61,177 nucleotides of DNA. It comes from Pelagibacteraceae bacterium (GTDB lineage: Bacteria; Pseudomonadota; Alphaproteobacteria; Methylaequorales; Methylaequoraceae). Under the pieces are notes generated by a model, which worked only from the letters and a program-made list of their open reading frames with translations, had not been told where the DNA came from and ran no database searches. The position numbers were made by a program, and so were the translations under genes. Where the stretch lies: positions 1-61,177 of the forward strand of contig JBELJQ010000006.1 in the NCBI GenBank assembly GCA_042090305.1. Direction: 5' to 3'. How positions within the stretch are numbered: the first letter of the stretch is position 1; each line of letters begins with the position of its first letter. This document shows positions 18,157 to 28,495 of the stretch, one piece after another.

Positions 18157-19046
18157 TGAAAAATAAAATAAAGATAATTGATACCTTTGCAGAAGCTTTT
18201 CCAATGAAAGTATCTAGACTTATTATTACGGCATATAACATTAAGTGGGCAAGGCAAGCTGCTAATTCCTTTTGCGGTTTTGCAACTTCTGTTATAGCAT
18301 GTGGTTGTGAGGCAGGTATTGAATGTGAGTTAAAACCTAATCAAACCCCTGACAAAAGGCCGGGTGTATCGATTTTAATTTTTTCAATGTCTTCAAAAGA
18401 ACTATCAAAACAAATTCTTAACAGAACAGGACAATGCATAATGACAACTCCCACCACCGCAGTATTCTCTGGTAATAATGGTGATGTAGAAATCAGCCTG
18501 GGTAATTCCTTAAGATATTTTGGTGATGGCTTCCAGATCTCTAAGGTTCTAGGAAAAAAAAGATTTTGGAGAATTCCAGTTATGGATGGTGAATTTATAT
18601 GTGAAGACTATGTCTACCAATGTAATGGGATTGGTGGTGGAAATTTTTTAGTATTGGGAAAGGATACCGGCAGTGTCCTTCAAGCATGTGAGTTGGCTGT
18701 TCGAGAAATGAATAAGAAAAAAAATATAATTTTACCGTTCCCTGGAGGTATTGTTAGATCGGGATCTAAAGTTGGGTCAAAATATAAAAACTTAATTGCT
18801 TCCACAAATTTTGAATATTGCCCAACTCTGAAAGGACTGGTCGCATCTAAACTCAACTCTTATGACAACTGTGTAATGGAGATAGTGATTGATGGATTAA
18901 AAAGTGAAGATATATTTCAAGCCATGAAGGTAGGAATCAAAAAAATAGTTAGTTCAAACTGTACTGGAATTTTAGCAATATCTGCTGGAAATTATGGGGG
19001 TAAGTTAGGTCCCCACCTCTTTAAATTAAAGGATGTTGTGAAATGA
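18156..19046 (+). CDS. fhcD: Formylmethanofuran:H4MPT formyltransferase
   Basis: IDTFAEAFPM, GFATSVIACGCEAGIE, TPDKRPG, WRIPVMDGEF, PFPGGIVRSGSKVGSKY, SAGNYGGKLG. Confidence 0.96.
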   Translation: MKNKIKIIDTFAEAFPMKVSRLIITAYNIKWARQAANSFCGFATSVIACGCEAGIECELKPNQTPDKRPGVSILIFSMSSKELSKQILNRTGQCIMTTPTTAVFSGNNGDVEISLGNSLRYFGDGFQISKVLGKKRFWRIPVMDGEFICEDYVYQCNGIGGGNFLVLGKDTGSVLQACELAVREMNKKKNIILPFPGGIVRSGSKVGSKYKNLIASTNFEYCPTLKGLVASKLNSYDNCVMEIVIDGLKSEDIFQAMKVGIKKIVSSNCTGILAISAGNYGGKLGPHLFKLKDVVK

Positions 19047-19858
19047 GGAAAATAATAATCAAGCCAAAAATTAAAATAAGTAATAGTTTAAATTTAAAGA
19101 ACTTAAATCTTATAAATAAAAATTTGGGTTTAAGAGAAATTAAGAATATAAAAATTCTCTATAGCAATAAGGAAAAAAAAATTAAAGATCTTTTTACGGT
19201 TACAGAACAAACTATTAAAAATGATGTGAATGAAGTTTTACTTTTAAATTCTAATTTTTTTTATGATTTTCTTGGTTTTGAATGGTCTAACGATTTATTA
19301 CAAATAGATTCTAACGTTGGTTCCTATCTAGGTGCAAAAATGAAAAGCGGTAAAATAACTGTAAAGGGTTCTTGTGAAAATTACGTGGGGGCTGAAATGT
19401 CTGGCGGGTCTATTGTTATAAAAAAAAATGCTGGAAAATTTGTAGGTTCTTCAATTTCAGGAAAAAGAGTTGGGATGATGGGTGGTAGTATACTTATTCA
19501 TGGAAATGTTGATAAATACCTTTCTTACCAAATGCGAAGAGGCTTAATTTTTGTAGGTGGAGAGGCTGGAGATAACTGTTGTAATAATTTAGTAGCAGGA
19601 ACAATTATTATTAAAAAAGGTGTAGGCAAAAATTTCTGTGTAGGCATGAAGAGAGGAACGGTTGTTCTGTTGTCAGATGTCACAATACATTCAAACTTCA
19701 GTGAAAGTGGAGAGTGTTCTTTGGCATTTATTAATTTATTGGATCAATTTGTTAGTATCGAACTAAAAAAGAAGATTATTACAGAAAACTTTTCAGTATC
19801 TAGGTTTATTGGAGATACGAATATAAAGGGTAAAGGAGAATTATTAAAAATTATTTAG
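19043..19858 (+). CDS. fhcC: Formyltransferase/hydrolase complex subunit C
   Basis: GxxMxxG beta-helix repeats, GM.GG.I.I.G, MRRG, GMKRGT, GKGEL. Confidence 0.92.
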   Translation: MRKIIIKPKIKISNSLNLKNLNLINKNLGLREIKNIKILYSNKEKKIKDLFTVTEQTIKNDVNEVLLLNSNFFYDFLGFEWSNDLLQIDSNVGSYLGAKMKSGKITVKGSCENYVGAEMSGGSIVIKKNAGKFVGSSISGKRVGMMGGSILIHGNVDKYLSYQMRRGLIFVGGEAGDNCCNNLVAGTIIIKKGVGKNFCVGMKRGTVVLLSDVTIHSNFSESGECSLAFINLLDQFVSIELKKKIITENFSVSRFIGDTNIKGKGELLKII

Positions 19859-20453
19859 ATTGATCACTAAGTATTTTTATAAGTGAATTAATGCCACCTT
19901 TTTCTAAGATTTTATTAAATTCAGATTTTTTAGTTGCAATTTCACTAATTGAACCATCAAGAAGAACATCAAATATCTTCCAGTTTTTTTCATCCCTGAT
20001 TAATAGGTAGTTAATTTTCAGTGAATCATTAATTGTAAACTTAAATTGAGTAAAGACCATTATATATTTTTCTCCAATTTCCTCAGTTTTTTCGTACTTA
20101 ATCTCAAGTTTATTTACATTGGCAAATCTTTTTAAATAATTTGATGAAATAAATTCAACAAATTTTTTAGAGAATTCATTTTTTTCAATATCACTTGCTT
20201 CCGACCAATATTTTCCAAGTATTATCTTCGACATTTTCTTTATAGCATATGTATCCTCAATAATAATATTCATAATATCTTTATCATTTTTACTAATCTT
20301 ATTTAAACCAATATCTAGAAGAGAATTGTGAAGTTGTTTGAGAGTTTTAGGGATTATTGAATTTCCGTAAACATAAGAAAAATTTGTTGAAGAAATAAAT
20401 AAAAACAAAACAAAAATTGATTTTAACTTAAAATTGAATAAATATTTACCCAT
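19851..20453 (-). CDS. hpnM: MlaC/Ttg2D-like hopanoid-associated periplasmic protein
   Basis: Signal peptide; ILGKYW, WKIFDVLLDGSISEIATKKSEF; flanks the hpn cluster. Confidence 0.78.
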   Translation of the reverse strand: MGKYLFNFKLKSIFVLFLFISSTNFSYVYGNSIIPKTLKQLHNSLLDIGLNKISKNDKDIMNIIIEDTYAIKKMSKIILGKYWSEASDIEKNEFSKKFVEFISSNYLKRFANVNKLEIKYEKTEEIGEKYIMVFTQFKFTINDSLKINYLLIRDEKNWKIFDVLLDGSISEIATKKSEFNKILEKGGINSLIKILSDQSK

Positions 20454-20493
20454 ATGAATTTATAACTTAAAAAAAAAATCAAATAAATCTAAA

Positions 20494-21498
20494 ATGTCTA
20501 AAAAAATATTAATTACTGGTGCAAATGGTTTTTTAGGCGCCTCTTTAACTAGACTAGCCCTAAAAAAAAAATATAAAGTAAGCGTACTTGTTAGAAAAAC
20601 ATCTAATATGGATAATCTAGAGGATATTAAATCGAGAATAAAGATTTTTCATGGTGATCTTAGGTTTCGAGACGATGTTTCCGATCCGGTAAAACACACC
20701 GATATAATTTTTCATGTCGCTGCAGATTATAGACTTTGGTCAAGTAAACCTAGTGAATTATATGACTCAAATGTTCACGGAACTGAGAACATAGCTTTGG
20801 CTGCTCTAGAGTATAAAAAAAAATTGATTTATACTTCGAGTGTTGCAACACTCGGTCACTCAGAATTAGAAAATGATGAAGAAACTGATGTGAAATTTGA
20901 TGATATGATTGGTGACTACAAAAAATCAAAATATCTTGCAGAAAAGATAGTTGAAAGACTTATAAAAAAAAATCTCAAAGCTATCATTGTAAACCCCTCA
21001 ACACCTATCGGACCAGGAGATACTAAGCCCACACCAACTGGAAAAATAATACTAGACCTTCTGCAAAATAAGATGCCAGCTTACGTTGACACTGGTTTAA
21101 ACTTTGTACATGTAGATGATGTAGCAGAAGGACACTTTTTAGCTTTAAAGAAAGGTCAAATCGGTGAAAAATACATTCTTGGAGGAGAAAATTTAAATTT
21201 TAAGGAATTTTTAGATGCAGTCTCCAATCTAGGAGGTGTTAAAACAGTAAATATTAAATTAAAGACAAATTTGCTTTATCCATTTGCTTACTTGAATGAA
21301 TTATTGTGTAATATGTTTCTAAACAAAAACCCTAGCCTAACAGTAGATAGCTTGAAGATGTCAGAGAAAAAAATGTTTTTTTCATCTATAAAAGCAAAAA
21401 ATAAACTTGGGTATAGACCTCGTCCAGTTAAAAATGCTATAAAAGATGCTGTAGATTGGATGAAAATATATTTTAAACTTTGTGAATCTAATGACTAA
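20494..21498 (+). CDS. hpnA: Hopanoid-associated NAD-dependent epimerase/dehydratase
   Basis: TGANGFLG, FHVAADYRLW, YTSSVATLG, YKKSK, VNPSTPIGPGD.KPTPTG, MPAYVDTGLN. Confidence 0.92.
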   Translation: MSKKILITGANGFLGASLTRLALKKKYKVSVLVRKTSNMDNLEDIKSRIKIFHGDLRFRDDVSDPVKHTDIIFHVAADYRLWSSKPSELYDSNVHGTENIALAALEYKKKLIYTSSVATLGHSELENDEETDVKFDDMIGDYKKSKYLAEKIVERLIKKNLKAIIVNPSTPIGPGDTKPTPTGKIILDLLQNKMPAYVDTGLNFVHVDDVAEGHFLALKKGQIGEKYILGGENLNFKEFLDAVSNLGGVKTVNIKLKTNLLYPFAYLNELLCNMFLNKNPSLTVDSLKMSEKKMFFSSIKAKNKLGYRPRPVKNAIKDAVDWMKIYFKLCESND

Positions 21499-22450
21499 TA
21501 ATAATAAATCTCTAAAAATAATCTTAGCGCAGCCTAGAGGCTTTTGCGCCGGCGTTGAGAGAGCAATTGAAATTGTAGAAAAAGCACTAGAAATTTATGG
21601 TCCTCCAGTATACGTTCGCCATGAAATAGTTCACAATAAACGAGTTGTAAATAATTTAAGTTCGAAGGGCGCAGTCTTTGTTCAAGAGCTTGACCAAATT
21701 CCTGAGGGAGCAGTAACAGTTTTTAGTGCCCACGGTGTTGCTCAAAGAGTTGAAGATACAGCTAAATTTAGAAATTTACCTGTTTTAGATGCCACTTGCC
21801 CCTTGGTTGCAAAAGTGCATAAAGAAGGGCAGAGATACTCTAAAGAGGGGTTTGAAGTTATTCTAATAGGTCATGAGGGTCACCCTGAGGTTGAAGGGAC
21901 GATGGGTAGAATATCTGGACCAGTTTACCTTGTTTCAAATACTGAAGATGTGAAAAAGCTGAAAGTTAATAACCCAAATAAGCTTTCTTATGTTAGTCAA
22001 ACAACATTATCGGTCGATGATACCAGGGACGTAATAAAAGCATTACAGGATAGATTTCCAAACATATTAGGACCTGATGTAAAAGATATTTGTTATGCAA
22101 CTCAAAATAGACAATCTGCAGTTAGAGACCTTGTCAAAAGTGTTGATTTAGTTTTAGTTGTTGGTGCCAGAAATAGTTCTAACTCAAATAGGCTTAAAGA
22201 TATTGGCTCAGAGTCTGGAGTAAATACATATCTAATTGAAACTGCGGATGATATGTCTATAGATTGGTTCACTAATGTAGAATCTGTTGGTATAACTTCA
22301 GGTGCATCAACACCTGACGAGTTGGTAAAAGAAGTAATAGATAAAATTTCAACTTTTAGAGAGATTGTCATTGAAAAACAACCTGGTAAAGAAGAGAATG
22401 TTGTCTTTAAACTTCCAAAAGAACTAGTCAATTATTCTATGGTGAATTAG
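21491..22450 (+). CDS. ispH: 4-hydroxy-3-methylbut-2-enyl diphosphate reductase
   Basis: AQPRGFCAGVERA, HEIVHN, FSAHGV, DATCPLV.KVH, DICYATQNRQ, SSNSNRL, GASTP. Confidence 0.98.
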   Translation: MTNNNKSLKIILAQPRGFCAGVERAIEIVEKALEIYGPPVYVRHEIVHNKRVVNNLSSKGAVFVQELDQIPEGAVTVFSAHGVAQRVEDTAKFRNLPVLDATCPLVAKVHKEGQRYSKEGFEVILIGHEGHPEVEGTMGRISGPVYLVSNTEDVKKLKVNNPNKLSYVSQTTLSVDDTRDVIKALQDRFPNILGPDVKDICYATQNRQSAVRDLVKSVDLVLVVGARNSSNSNRLKDIGSESGVNTYLIETADDMSIDWFTNVESVGITSGASTPDELVKEVIDKISTFREIVIEKQPGKEENVVFKLPKELVNYSMVN

Positions 22451-22453
22451 TAT

Positions 22454-23647
22454 ATGGGAATTCCTTTAATTCAACAAATAAGAGTCGGATCTTATATACT
22501 TAAACAGAAGATATTAGGTAGGCCTAAATATCCTCTAGTCCTGATGCTAGAACCACTGTTTAGGTGTAACCTAGCTTGCGCAGGATGCGGTAAAATCGAC
22601 TACCCTAAAGAAATTTTAAATCAAAGACTTTCGACTAAGGAGTGCATTGATTCTGTTGAGGAATGTGGGGCACCTATAGTTTCTATTCCAGGAGGTGAAC
22701 CTCTTATACATAGAGAAATGCCAGAAATTGTAAAAGAACTAATTAAAAGAAAAAAATTTGTTTATCTTTGTACAAACGCAGTTTTGATGGAAAAAAAACT
22801 CTCAGAATATAAACCGAGCCCATATTTTACATGGTCAGTCCATTTAGACGGTATGAAAGATGAACATGATAAAGCAGTTTGTCAAGAAGGAGTCTTTGAT
22901 AGATGTATATCTGCTATAAAAAAGGCAAAATCATTAGGATTTAGATGTAACGTGAATTGTACAATTTTTGACAACGCACAAGAAGATGGGCTTAAAAAAT
23001 TTCTTAACTATGTTACAGACGAGCTCAAAGTTGATGGTATAACAATTTCACCTGGTTTTGCTTATGAAAGAGCTCCTGATCAACAGCATTTTATAAAAAG
23101 ATCGAATACAAAAAATTTTTTTAGAAATATTTTTAAATCAGAAGATTTCAAAAAGTGGGATTTTAGCCACTCTGGTCTTTATCTTGATTTTCTAGCCGGC
23201 AACCAATCATATAAATGTACACCTTGGGGAAATCCTACTAGAAATATTTTTGGTTGGCAAAAACCTTGCTATCTTCTTGGGGAAGGCTACGTAAAATCAT
23301 TTAAAGAACTAATGGATGAAACTGAATGGGACAAATATGGTACAGGAAACTATGACAAGTGTTCAGATTGCATGGCACATTGTGGTTATGAGGCATCAGC
23401 AGTAACTGATGTGTTCACTAATCCTTTGAAGGCTGCATTAGTTGCTATTAAAGGACCAAAAACCCAAGGAGCTATGGCAGAGGAAATTGATATAAGTAAA
23501 TCAAGAGACCCAGACTTTGTTCATGATACTCATGTGAGTGATATGATGAAAAAGCTTCATGCCGATAAAAAAGGGGAAGCAAATGAATCTCCTATTCCTT
23601 CTGCTGGTGCAGCTATAAGCCCTCGTAGCGATTTAATTAAGAAATAA
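22454..23647 (+). CDS. hpnH: Radical SAM adenosylhopane synthase
   Basis: YPLVLMLEPLFRCNLACAGCGKIDYP, YERAPDQQHF, CTPWGNP, GWQKPCYLL, CMAHCGYEA. Confidence 0.97.
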   Translation: MGIPLIQQIRVGSYILKQKILGRPKYPLVLMLEPLFRCNLACAGCGKIDYPKEILNQRLSTKECIDSVEECGAPIVSIPGGEPLIHREMPEIVKELIKRKKFVYLCTNAVLMEKKLSEYKPSPYFTWSVHLDGMKDEHDKAVCQEGVFDRCISAIKKAKSLGFRCNVNCTIFDNAQEDGLKKFLNYVTDELKVDGITISPGFAYERAPDQQHFIKRSNTKNFFRNIFKSEDFKKWDFSHSGLYLDFLAGNQSYKCTPWGNPTRNIFGWQKPCYLLGEGYVKSFKELMDETEWDKYGTGNYDKCSDCMAHCGYEASAVTDVFTNPLKAALVAIKGPKTQGAMAEEIDISKSRDPDFVHDTHVSDMMKKLHADKKGEANESPIPSAGAAISPRSDLIKK

Positions 23648-23843
23648 AACCATTCACTAAATTACACAGTATCAGTTAGGTTTTTAATAATTTTTACCTA
23701 TTAAGATTCTAGTTTTAAACTTAAACGGATTAAATGTCTCAGAGTCATCTAAAGATTTAATTTAACAAACTAAGTGTGAGTTCTAAAATTTATATAATGT
23801 TTCTATAAAAAATATTAGGTAAATACATTAACCGAAAATTTTT

Positions 23844-24509
23844 TTAAAATAGGTTATCAAGGAGTTTTTTAAATTTTTTTTTACAAAAGTAAAAATTTAA
23901 ACCAAGTCTTAAAAGTTCAATAATTCTTTTAGGTTTTATGATTAGATTTTTTATGAAAATTGAGTCGATTAGAAAGTTTCCATCTTCATCTAGATTACTA
24001 ACAATATATTGTGGAATTTCCAAGGATAAGTCGTCGTAAACGATCTTTATAGAGTAAAAAGAAATTTTTTTATTTCCTAAAGCCTTCAGGATATGAAATG
24101 CTTCCATATCAATAAGAGATATATGATTATTTTTCTTTCTCAGTTTGATTTTTTCTGAAAGGTTTTTTACAGAGTTAGTAGTCATTAAATCTACCTTTCT
24201 TAAACAGAGGTTTTGAATTCTTTTTTCCAACTCTATATGATCATATTTTCTTGGCTTAATTTTCTCTTTTTTTTCATTAAAAATTATATCTGCTTCTAAA
24301 ATATCACCGCATTTAATTTTATTATCAACAGAACCACAAAAGCCGAGGTTTATTATGACTTTAGTATCCTTAGTTATAAATTTTCTTAATAATAACGAAG
24401 ATTTTTTTCCAAATCCAAAAAATGAATTAAACTTGTTTGAAGAGCTTGAAATTTCTAATTCTTTTTTTAATCCAAAAACTAAAAGTATATTTTTATTGCT
24501 ATACTCCAT
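23844..24509 (-). CDS. hpnG: Adenosylhopane nucleosidase (phosphorylase family)
   Basis: FGLKKE, INLGFCGS, IDMEA, KIVYD; directly after shc. Confidence 0.78.
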   Translation of the reverse strand: MEYSNKNILLVFGLKKELEISSSSNKFNSFFGFGKKSSLLLRKFITKDTKVIINLGFCGSVDNKIKCGDILEADIIFNEKKEKIKPRKYDHIELEKRIQNLCLRKVDLMTTNSVKNLSEKIKLRKKNNHISLIDMEAFHILKALGNKKISFYSIKIVYDDLSLEIPQYIVSNLDEDGNFLIDSIFIKNLIIKPKRIIELLRLGLNFYFCKKKFKKLLDNLF

Positions 24510-26403
24510 ATAAGGGCTTAGTGGAGTTTCTAGAAATTTGGTTTTTTAATTTTACTAGTGCTAGCAGTGGAAAATACTTTGCATATCCATGATATTTTAA
24601 ATAAAAAACTTTTGGAAACCCAACTGCAGTAAAGTGACTTTCATCAAAATTATGATCATTCTTAATTAAGTATTTGATACCGTCATAATATTCTTTAATT
24701 TCTGTTTTACCAGCTGCTTGTAAGCCCATCAATGCCCATGCAGTTTGCGATGGTGTGCTAATTTTTGAAATATTTTCATAACCTTTATAATAAGATTTTC
24801 CATCTTCTCCCCAACCGCCGTCCTTACGTTGCATTTTTACTAAATAATTAACTGCTTTTTCCACTACTAATTCTTTATTATCAAAATTAGCAATGCATAA
24901 TGCTGATAGAACGGACCAAGTTCCATATATATAGTTTGTTCCCCACCTTCCATACCAGCTACCATTTTCCTCTTGTTCAGAGACTAAAAACTTAATTCCC
25001 TTTTCAACATACTTACTTTTTTGATTTTCACCAATTTGTAATAGGAAGCTTAGACATCGAGCAGACACATCTGATGTAGGAGGATCTAACAGAGCACCAT
25101 GATCCGCAAAAGGAATATGATTTAGATAACTGTAGTTATTATCAATATCAAATGCGCCCCAGCCGCCATTTTTAGACTGCATAGTAATTATCCATCTTTT
25201 AGTTCTTAAAATACATTCAGCAACATCCTTTCTATTTTCAACTCTATTATATCTTTCGAGAAACATTCCAACTAATGCTGTATCATCAACGTCCGGATAA
25301 AATACATTATTATATTGAAAAGCCCAACCACCTGGATCTGCATTTCTTTTTTCTGCCCAATCACCTTGTATTTTTATTTCTTTTTCAAGAAACCATTCAA
25401 CAATATCATTTACATTCTCGTTATTCTCTAGCTTGACAAGCCCCATCCAACCTGTGTCCCACACTGGGGAAACACATGGTTGACAGTATGCGGTATCTTT
25501 CCCTTCAACAATAAGGTTCTGAATGGATTTTTTTATAATTGATATTTCATTTTTAAACTTATCTTCATCTTCAATTTTTAAAGCTATCAGAGCATTAACC
25601 ATCGCTGGAAATATTCCTCCAAGTCCATCCTCACCATTTAATCTTGGAAGAAGCCATTTAATTACCTCATTTTTTGAACGGATCTTTAGTTTTTTTGGAA
25701 GGAGTGGAAACACAACTTTAGATAGACTCTCTAAAAAAAGAAATAATTTCGTCAATAATAATATTTTAATCTTTTTATCTTTATTTTTTTTCTTGTCTGA
25801 CTCAATAAAAAGTTCACCAATCTCCACTGAATTTGGGTTAGAGGCGATAGGTTTATTATGCATAATTAATAAAAGTGGAATTAAAACTGCACGAGACCAG
25901 TATGATATTTTATAGATATGAAATGGAAACCATTTTGGGAATAAAATTATTTCTAGTGGCATAAAAGGAATTTTTTTCCAAGAAATTTGACCAAATAAAG
26001 CTAGGGAAATTTTTGTAAAAACATTCACATTATTTGCACCACCAAGTTGATGTATGCACTCTTTAGCTTTTCGAAGAATGGGTGAGTTCTCATTAAGGCC
26101 CGCTAGTTTTAGAGCATAGTAACTTTTCACAGTTGCACTAATATCTGTTTCTCCCTCAAAAAATAAAGGCCAGCCACCCTCTTTATTTTGTATATTTATC
26201 AAGTACTTAACCATTTTTTTCTCAATTTTAGTATCAATGTCTCCTAAAAAATGCATAAGCATAATGTACTCGGATGGAATTGTTGAGTCAGCTTCTAGTT
26301 CGTAAACATAAGAGCCATCTTTTTTTTTAAAATTATTTTGATCTCGAATTAATTTATTGATTCTTTTTTTTTCAGAACTTAAAAGTAAAGATAATTTTTT
26401 CAT
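24499..26403 (-). CDS. shc: Squalene-hopene cyclase
   Basis: ELEADSTIPSEY, QW repeats, YCQPCVSPVWDT, YPDVDDTA (DXDD), PFADHGALLDPP, WYGRWGTNYIYGT, GFPKVFYLKYHGY. Confidence 0.98.
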   Translation of the reverse strand: MKKLSLLLSSEKKRINKLIRDQNNFKKKDGSYVYELEADSTIPSEYIMLMHFLGDIDTKIEKKMVKYLINIQNKEGGWPLFFEGETDISATVKSYYALKLAGLNENSPILRKAKECIHQLGGANNVNVFTKISLALFGQISWKKIPFMPLEIILFPKWFPFHIYKISYWSRAVLIPLLLIMHNKPIASNPNSVEIGELFIESDKKKNKDKKIKILLLTKLFLFLESLSKVVFPLLPKKLKIRSKNEVIKWLLPRLNGEDGLGGIFPAMVNALIALKIEDEDKFKNEISIIKKSIQNLIVEGKDTAYCQPCVSPVWDTGWMGLVKLENNENVNDIVEWFLEKEIKIQGDWAEKRNADPGGWAFQYNNVFYPDVDDTALVGMFLERYNRVENRKDVAECILRTKRWIITMQSKNGGWGAFDIDNNYSYLNHIPFADHGALLDPPTSDVSARCLSFLLQIGENQKSKYVEKGIKFLVSEQEENGSWYGRWGTNYIYGTWSVLSALCIANFDNKELVVEKAVNYLVKMQRKDGGWGEDGKSYYKGYENISKISTPSQTAWALMGLQAAGKTEIKEYYDGIKYLIKNDHNFDESHFTAVGFPKVFYLKYHGYAKYFPLLALVKLKNQISRNSTKPLYGV

Positions 26404-26417
26404 AGTTGTTAATATAT

Positions 26418-27650
26418 TTATACACCAAAAAATTCAATTGATTTTTTCCCAGACATTATGGATCCTTCAATAGTACATGGTAAATCTGATTGTGTCCAAT
26501 CTCCACAAATTGATAAGTTTCTAGGAAGGTTTTTTATTTTCTTTATTAGTTCAAAATTATTTGGTGATTGTACAAACGTAGCCTTCTTTTCCTTGATAAT
26601 TTGACAATTAGGTATTTTTATATTTTTGCCAATTAACAGACAAATTTCTTCCCACACTTTTGTAGACAAGGTTTCTTGAGATTCGTTATTAAAATTATTT
26701 GCATCACTTACAGTAACAGATAAATAGTTATTTTTAACAAATATCCATTGAGAATGAGAACTAATCATTCCAATAATATCACTTGTGAACAGTTTTTTTA
26801 TTTTATCGGATATTTTATAATGAATGTTTAAGATTGTATTAAACTCATTGGGAACATCAACTTTATTAAATATTTTACCAAATGCTGTTACCGGTAGTGC
26901 ACTAATTACATAATCGTCTCTTCCTATTTCTATTTGTTTATCATTGAATTCCAATCTAGTTATTAGGTTATTTTTGATTTCTACTTTTTTGAGCCTTGTG
27001 TTAAAATTTATCTTATTGTGCTTACTTATAAAATTTATAGCAGGTTCAATGATAGTTTCATTCCAATTCTTTTCTGGTTGATAAATTTTACAATACTTCT
27101 TTCCTTTAAAAATAGTTTTTTTAAGGACATTAGATAATACTCTTGCTGATGCTTTATCAACTGATGTATTCATTACTGCAAGAGTAAGAGGCTCCCAAAA
27201 ATACTTTCTAAAATTATTTTTAACTTTTAGATCTTTAATGGTAGATTCTTTACTCATAAAAAGAATTTTTAGAATAGAAAGATAATCTTTTAAATGAGCA
27301 TCAGGAACCCTTTTTTTTTTAAATAAAAAATCAAGAATTGATAAACTAAGTTCCCAAGTTTTTTTATTTTCTATATCAAAAAAAAATAAGTGTGGTTGAA
27401 GCACCTTGATTTTATTTGTTGAATTTATCAAGTTACACAAATCATAAAAATTTTTATTTGCAGAAAAAACTAGGTGATTACCATTATCTATAATTGTTTT
27501 TAATTTTTTATCATAGAAAGATCTACATCGTCCCCCGGCCAGGCTTGAAGTTTCAAAAATCTCAACTTTACGCCCCCTATGAATTGCCCATGATGCAGCT
27601 GATAAGCCTGCCAGACCAGCCCCTATAATATATAATTTATTAATAACCAA
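26418..27650 (-). CDS. hpnE: Hydroxysqualene dehydroxylase
   Basis: GAGLAGLSAA, AGGRCRSF.D, IDNGNHL, EKKATF, GDWT...LPCTIEG. Confidence 0.93.
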   Translation of the reverse strand: MVINKLYIIGAGLAGLSAASWAIHRGRKVEIFETSSLAGGRCRSFYDKKLKTIIDNGNHLVFSANKNFYDLCNLINSTNKIKVLQPHLFFFDIENKKTWELSLSILDFLFKKKRVPDAHLKDYLSILKILFMSKESTIKDLKVKNNFRKYFWEPLTLAVMNTSVDKASARVLSNVLKKTIFKGKKYCKIYQPEKNWNETIIEPAINFISKHNKINFNTRLKKVEIKNNLITRLEFNDKQIEIGRDDYVISALPVTAFGKIFNKVDVPNEFNTILNIHYKISDKIKKLFTSDIIGMISSHSQWIFVKNNYLSVTVSDANNFNNESQETLSTKVWEEICLLIGKNIKIPNCQIIKEKKATFVQSPNNFELIKKIKNLPRNLSICGDWTQSDLPCTIEGSIMSGKKSIEFFGV

Positions 27651-28485
27651 TTTTCCTAATAAAAAAAATAAAGAGTATTGTTAATTTATCCCACACAGAA
27701 AGTCTGACTTTATCTTGAATATAAATTTTTTTTTCATACATTTTTTTAAAAATTTTGAAGTAAAATAATTTCATAAGTTCTGAAGCAAGAATTTTATTTT
27801 TATCAAGTTTTAAGGTTTCCTTTTTTGCTTTATTAAAATATATTTCAGCGTCTTTTAAAATGTCTTGAAGTAGTTTTTGTAAAAAAGGACTTTTAACTAA
27901 AATCTTTATATCTTTCCTGATTGAATATTTTTCTAAATAATCTTCAGAAATGTAACACCTACCTCTATCTAAATCTTCCCTAAAATCTCTTACAATATTT
28001 GTTAATTGGAAAGCTCTTCCCAAGTATAAAGCATATTTTTTCGCAGAATCAGTTAAACCAAAAATTCTTATAGATAAATATCCAACTGCTACTGCAACCC
28101 TGTCACAATATAGATTTAGTTTCCTTTTTGATGGAAAGACTATGGTATTACTTGAATCCATTTTCATTCCTTTGATTATTGATAAAAAATCATTTTTCTT
28201 AAGGTTAAATTTCTGTATAGATATTTTTAATTCACGTTCTAAGGCGCTATCAAATTCTTTTTTTTTAAATATTTTATCAATTCTATTTTCCCAACCCACT
28301 AGGAGTTTTTGTCTTATTTTTTTATCTTTAATATCATCAGCAATATCGTCAACTGTTCTACAATACGCATAGATAGCAAACATTGCTCTCATCTGGTTGC
28401 TTGGGAGAATCCTCATGCCCCAATAGAAAGATGACCCAGATTTTTTGACTATCTTTTGTACTTCAGATTGATCAGATGGTAGCAT
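27640..28485 (-). CDS. hpnD: Presqualene diphosphate synthase
   Basis: SGSSFYWGMR.L, YAYCR.VDDIAD, GMKMD, YCDRVA.AVG, QLTNIVRD..ED..RGR.Y. Confidence 0.93.
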   Translation of the reverse strand: MLPSDQSEVQKIVKKSGSSFYWGMRILPSNQMRAMFAIYAYCRTVDDIADDIKDKKIRQKLLVGWENRIDKIFKKKEFDSALERELKISIQKFNLKKNDFLSIIKGMKMDSSNTIVFPSKRKLNLYCDRVAVAVGYLSIRIFGLTDSAKKYALYLGRAFQLTNIVRDFREDLDRGRCYISEDYLEKYSIRKDIKILVKSPFLQKLLQDILKDAEIYFNKAKKETLKLDKNKILASELMKLFYFKIFKKMYEKKIYIQDKVRLSVWDKLTILFIFFIRKIGY

Positions 28486-28495
28486 TTTGTGGGGG

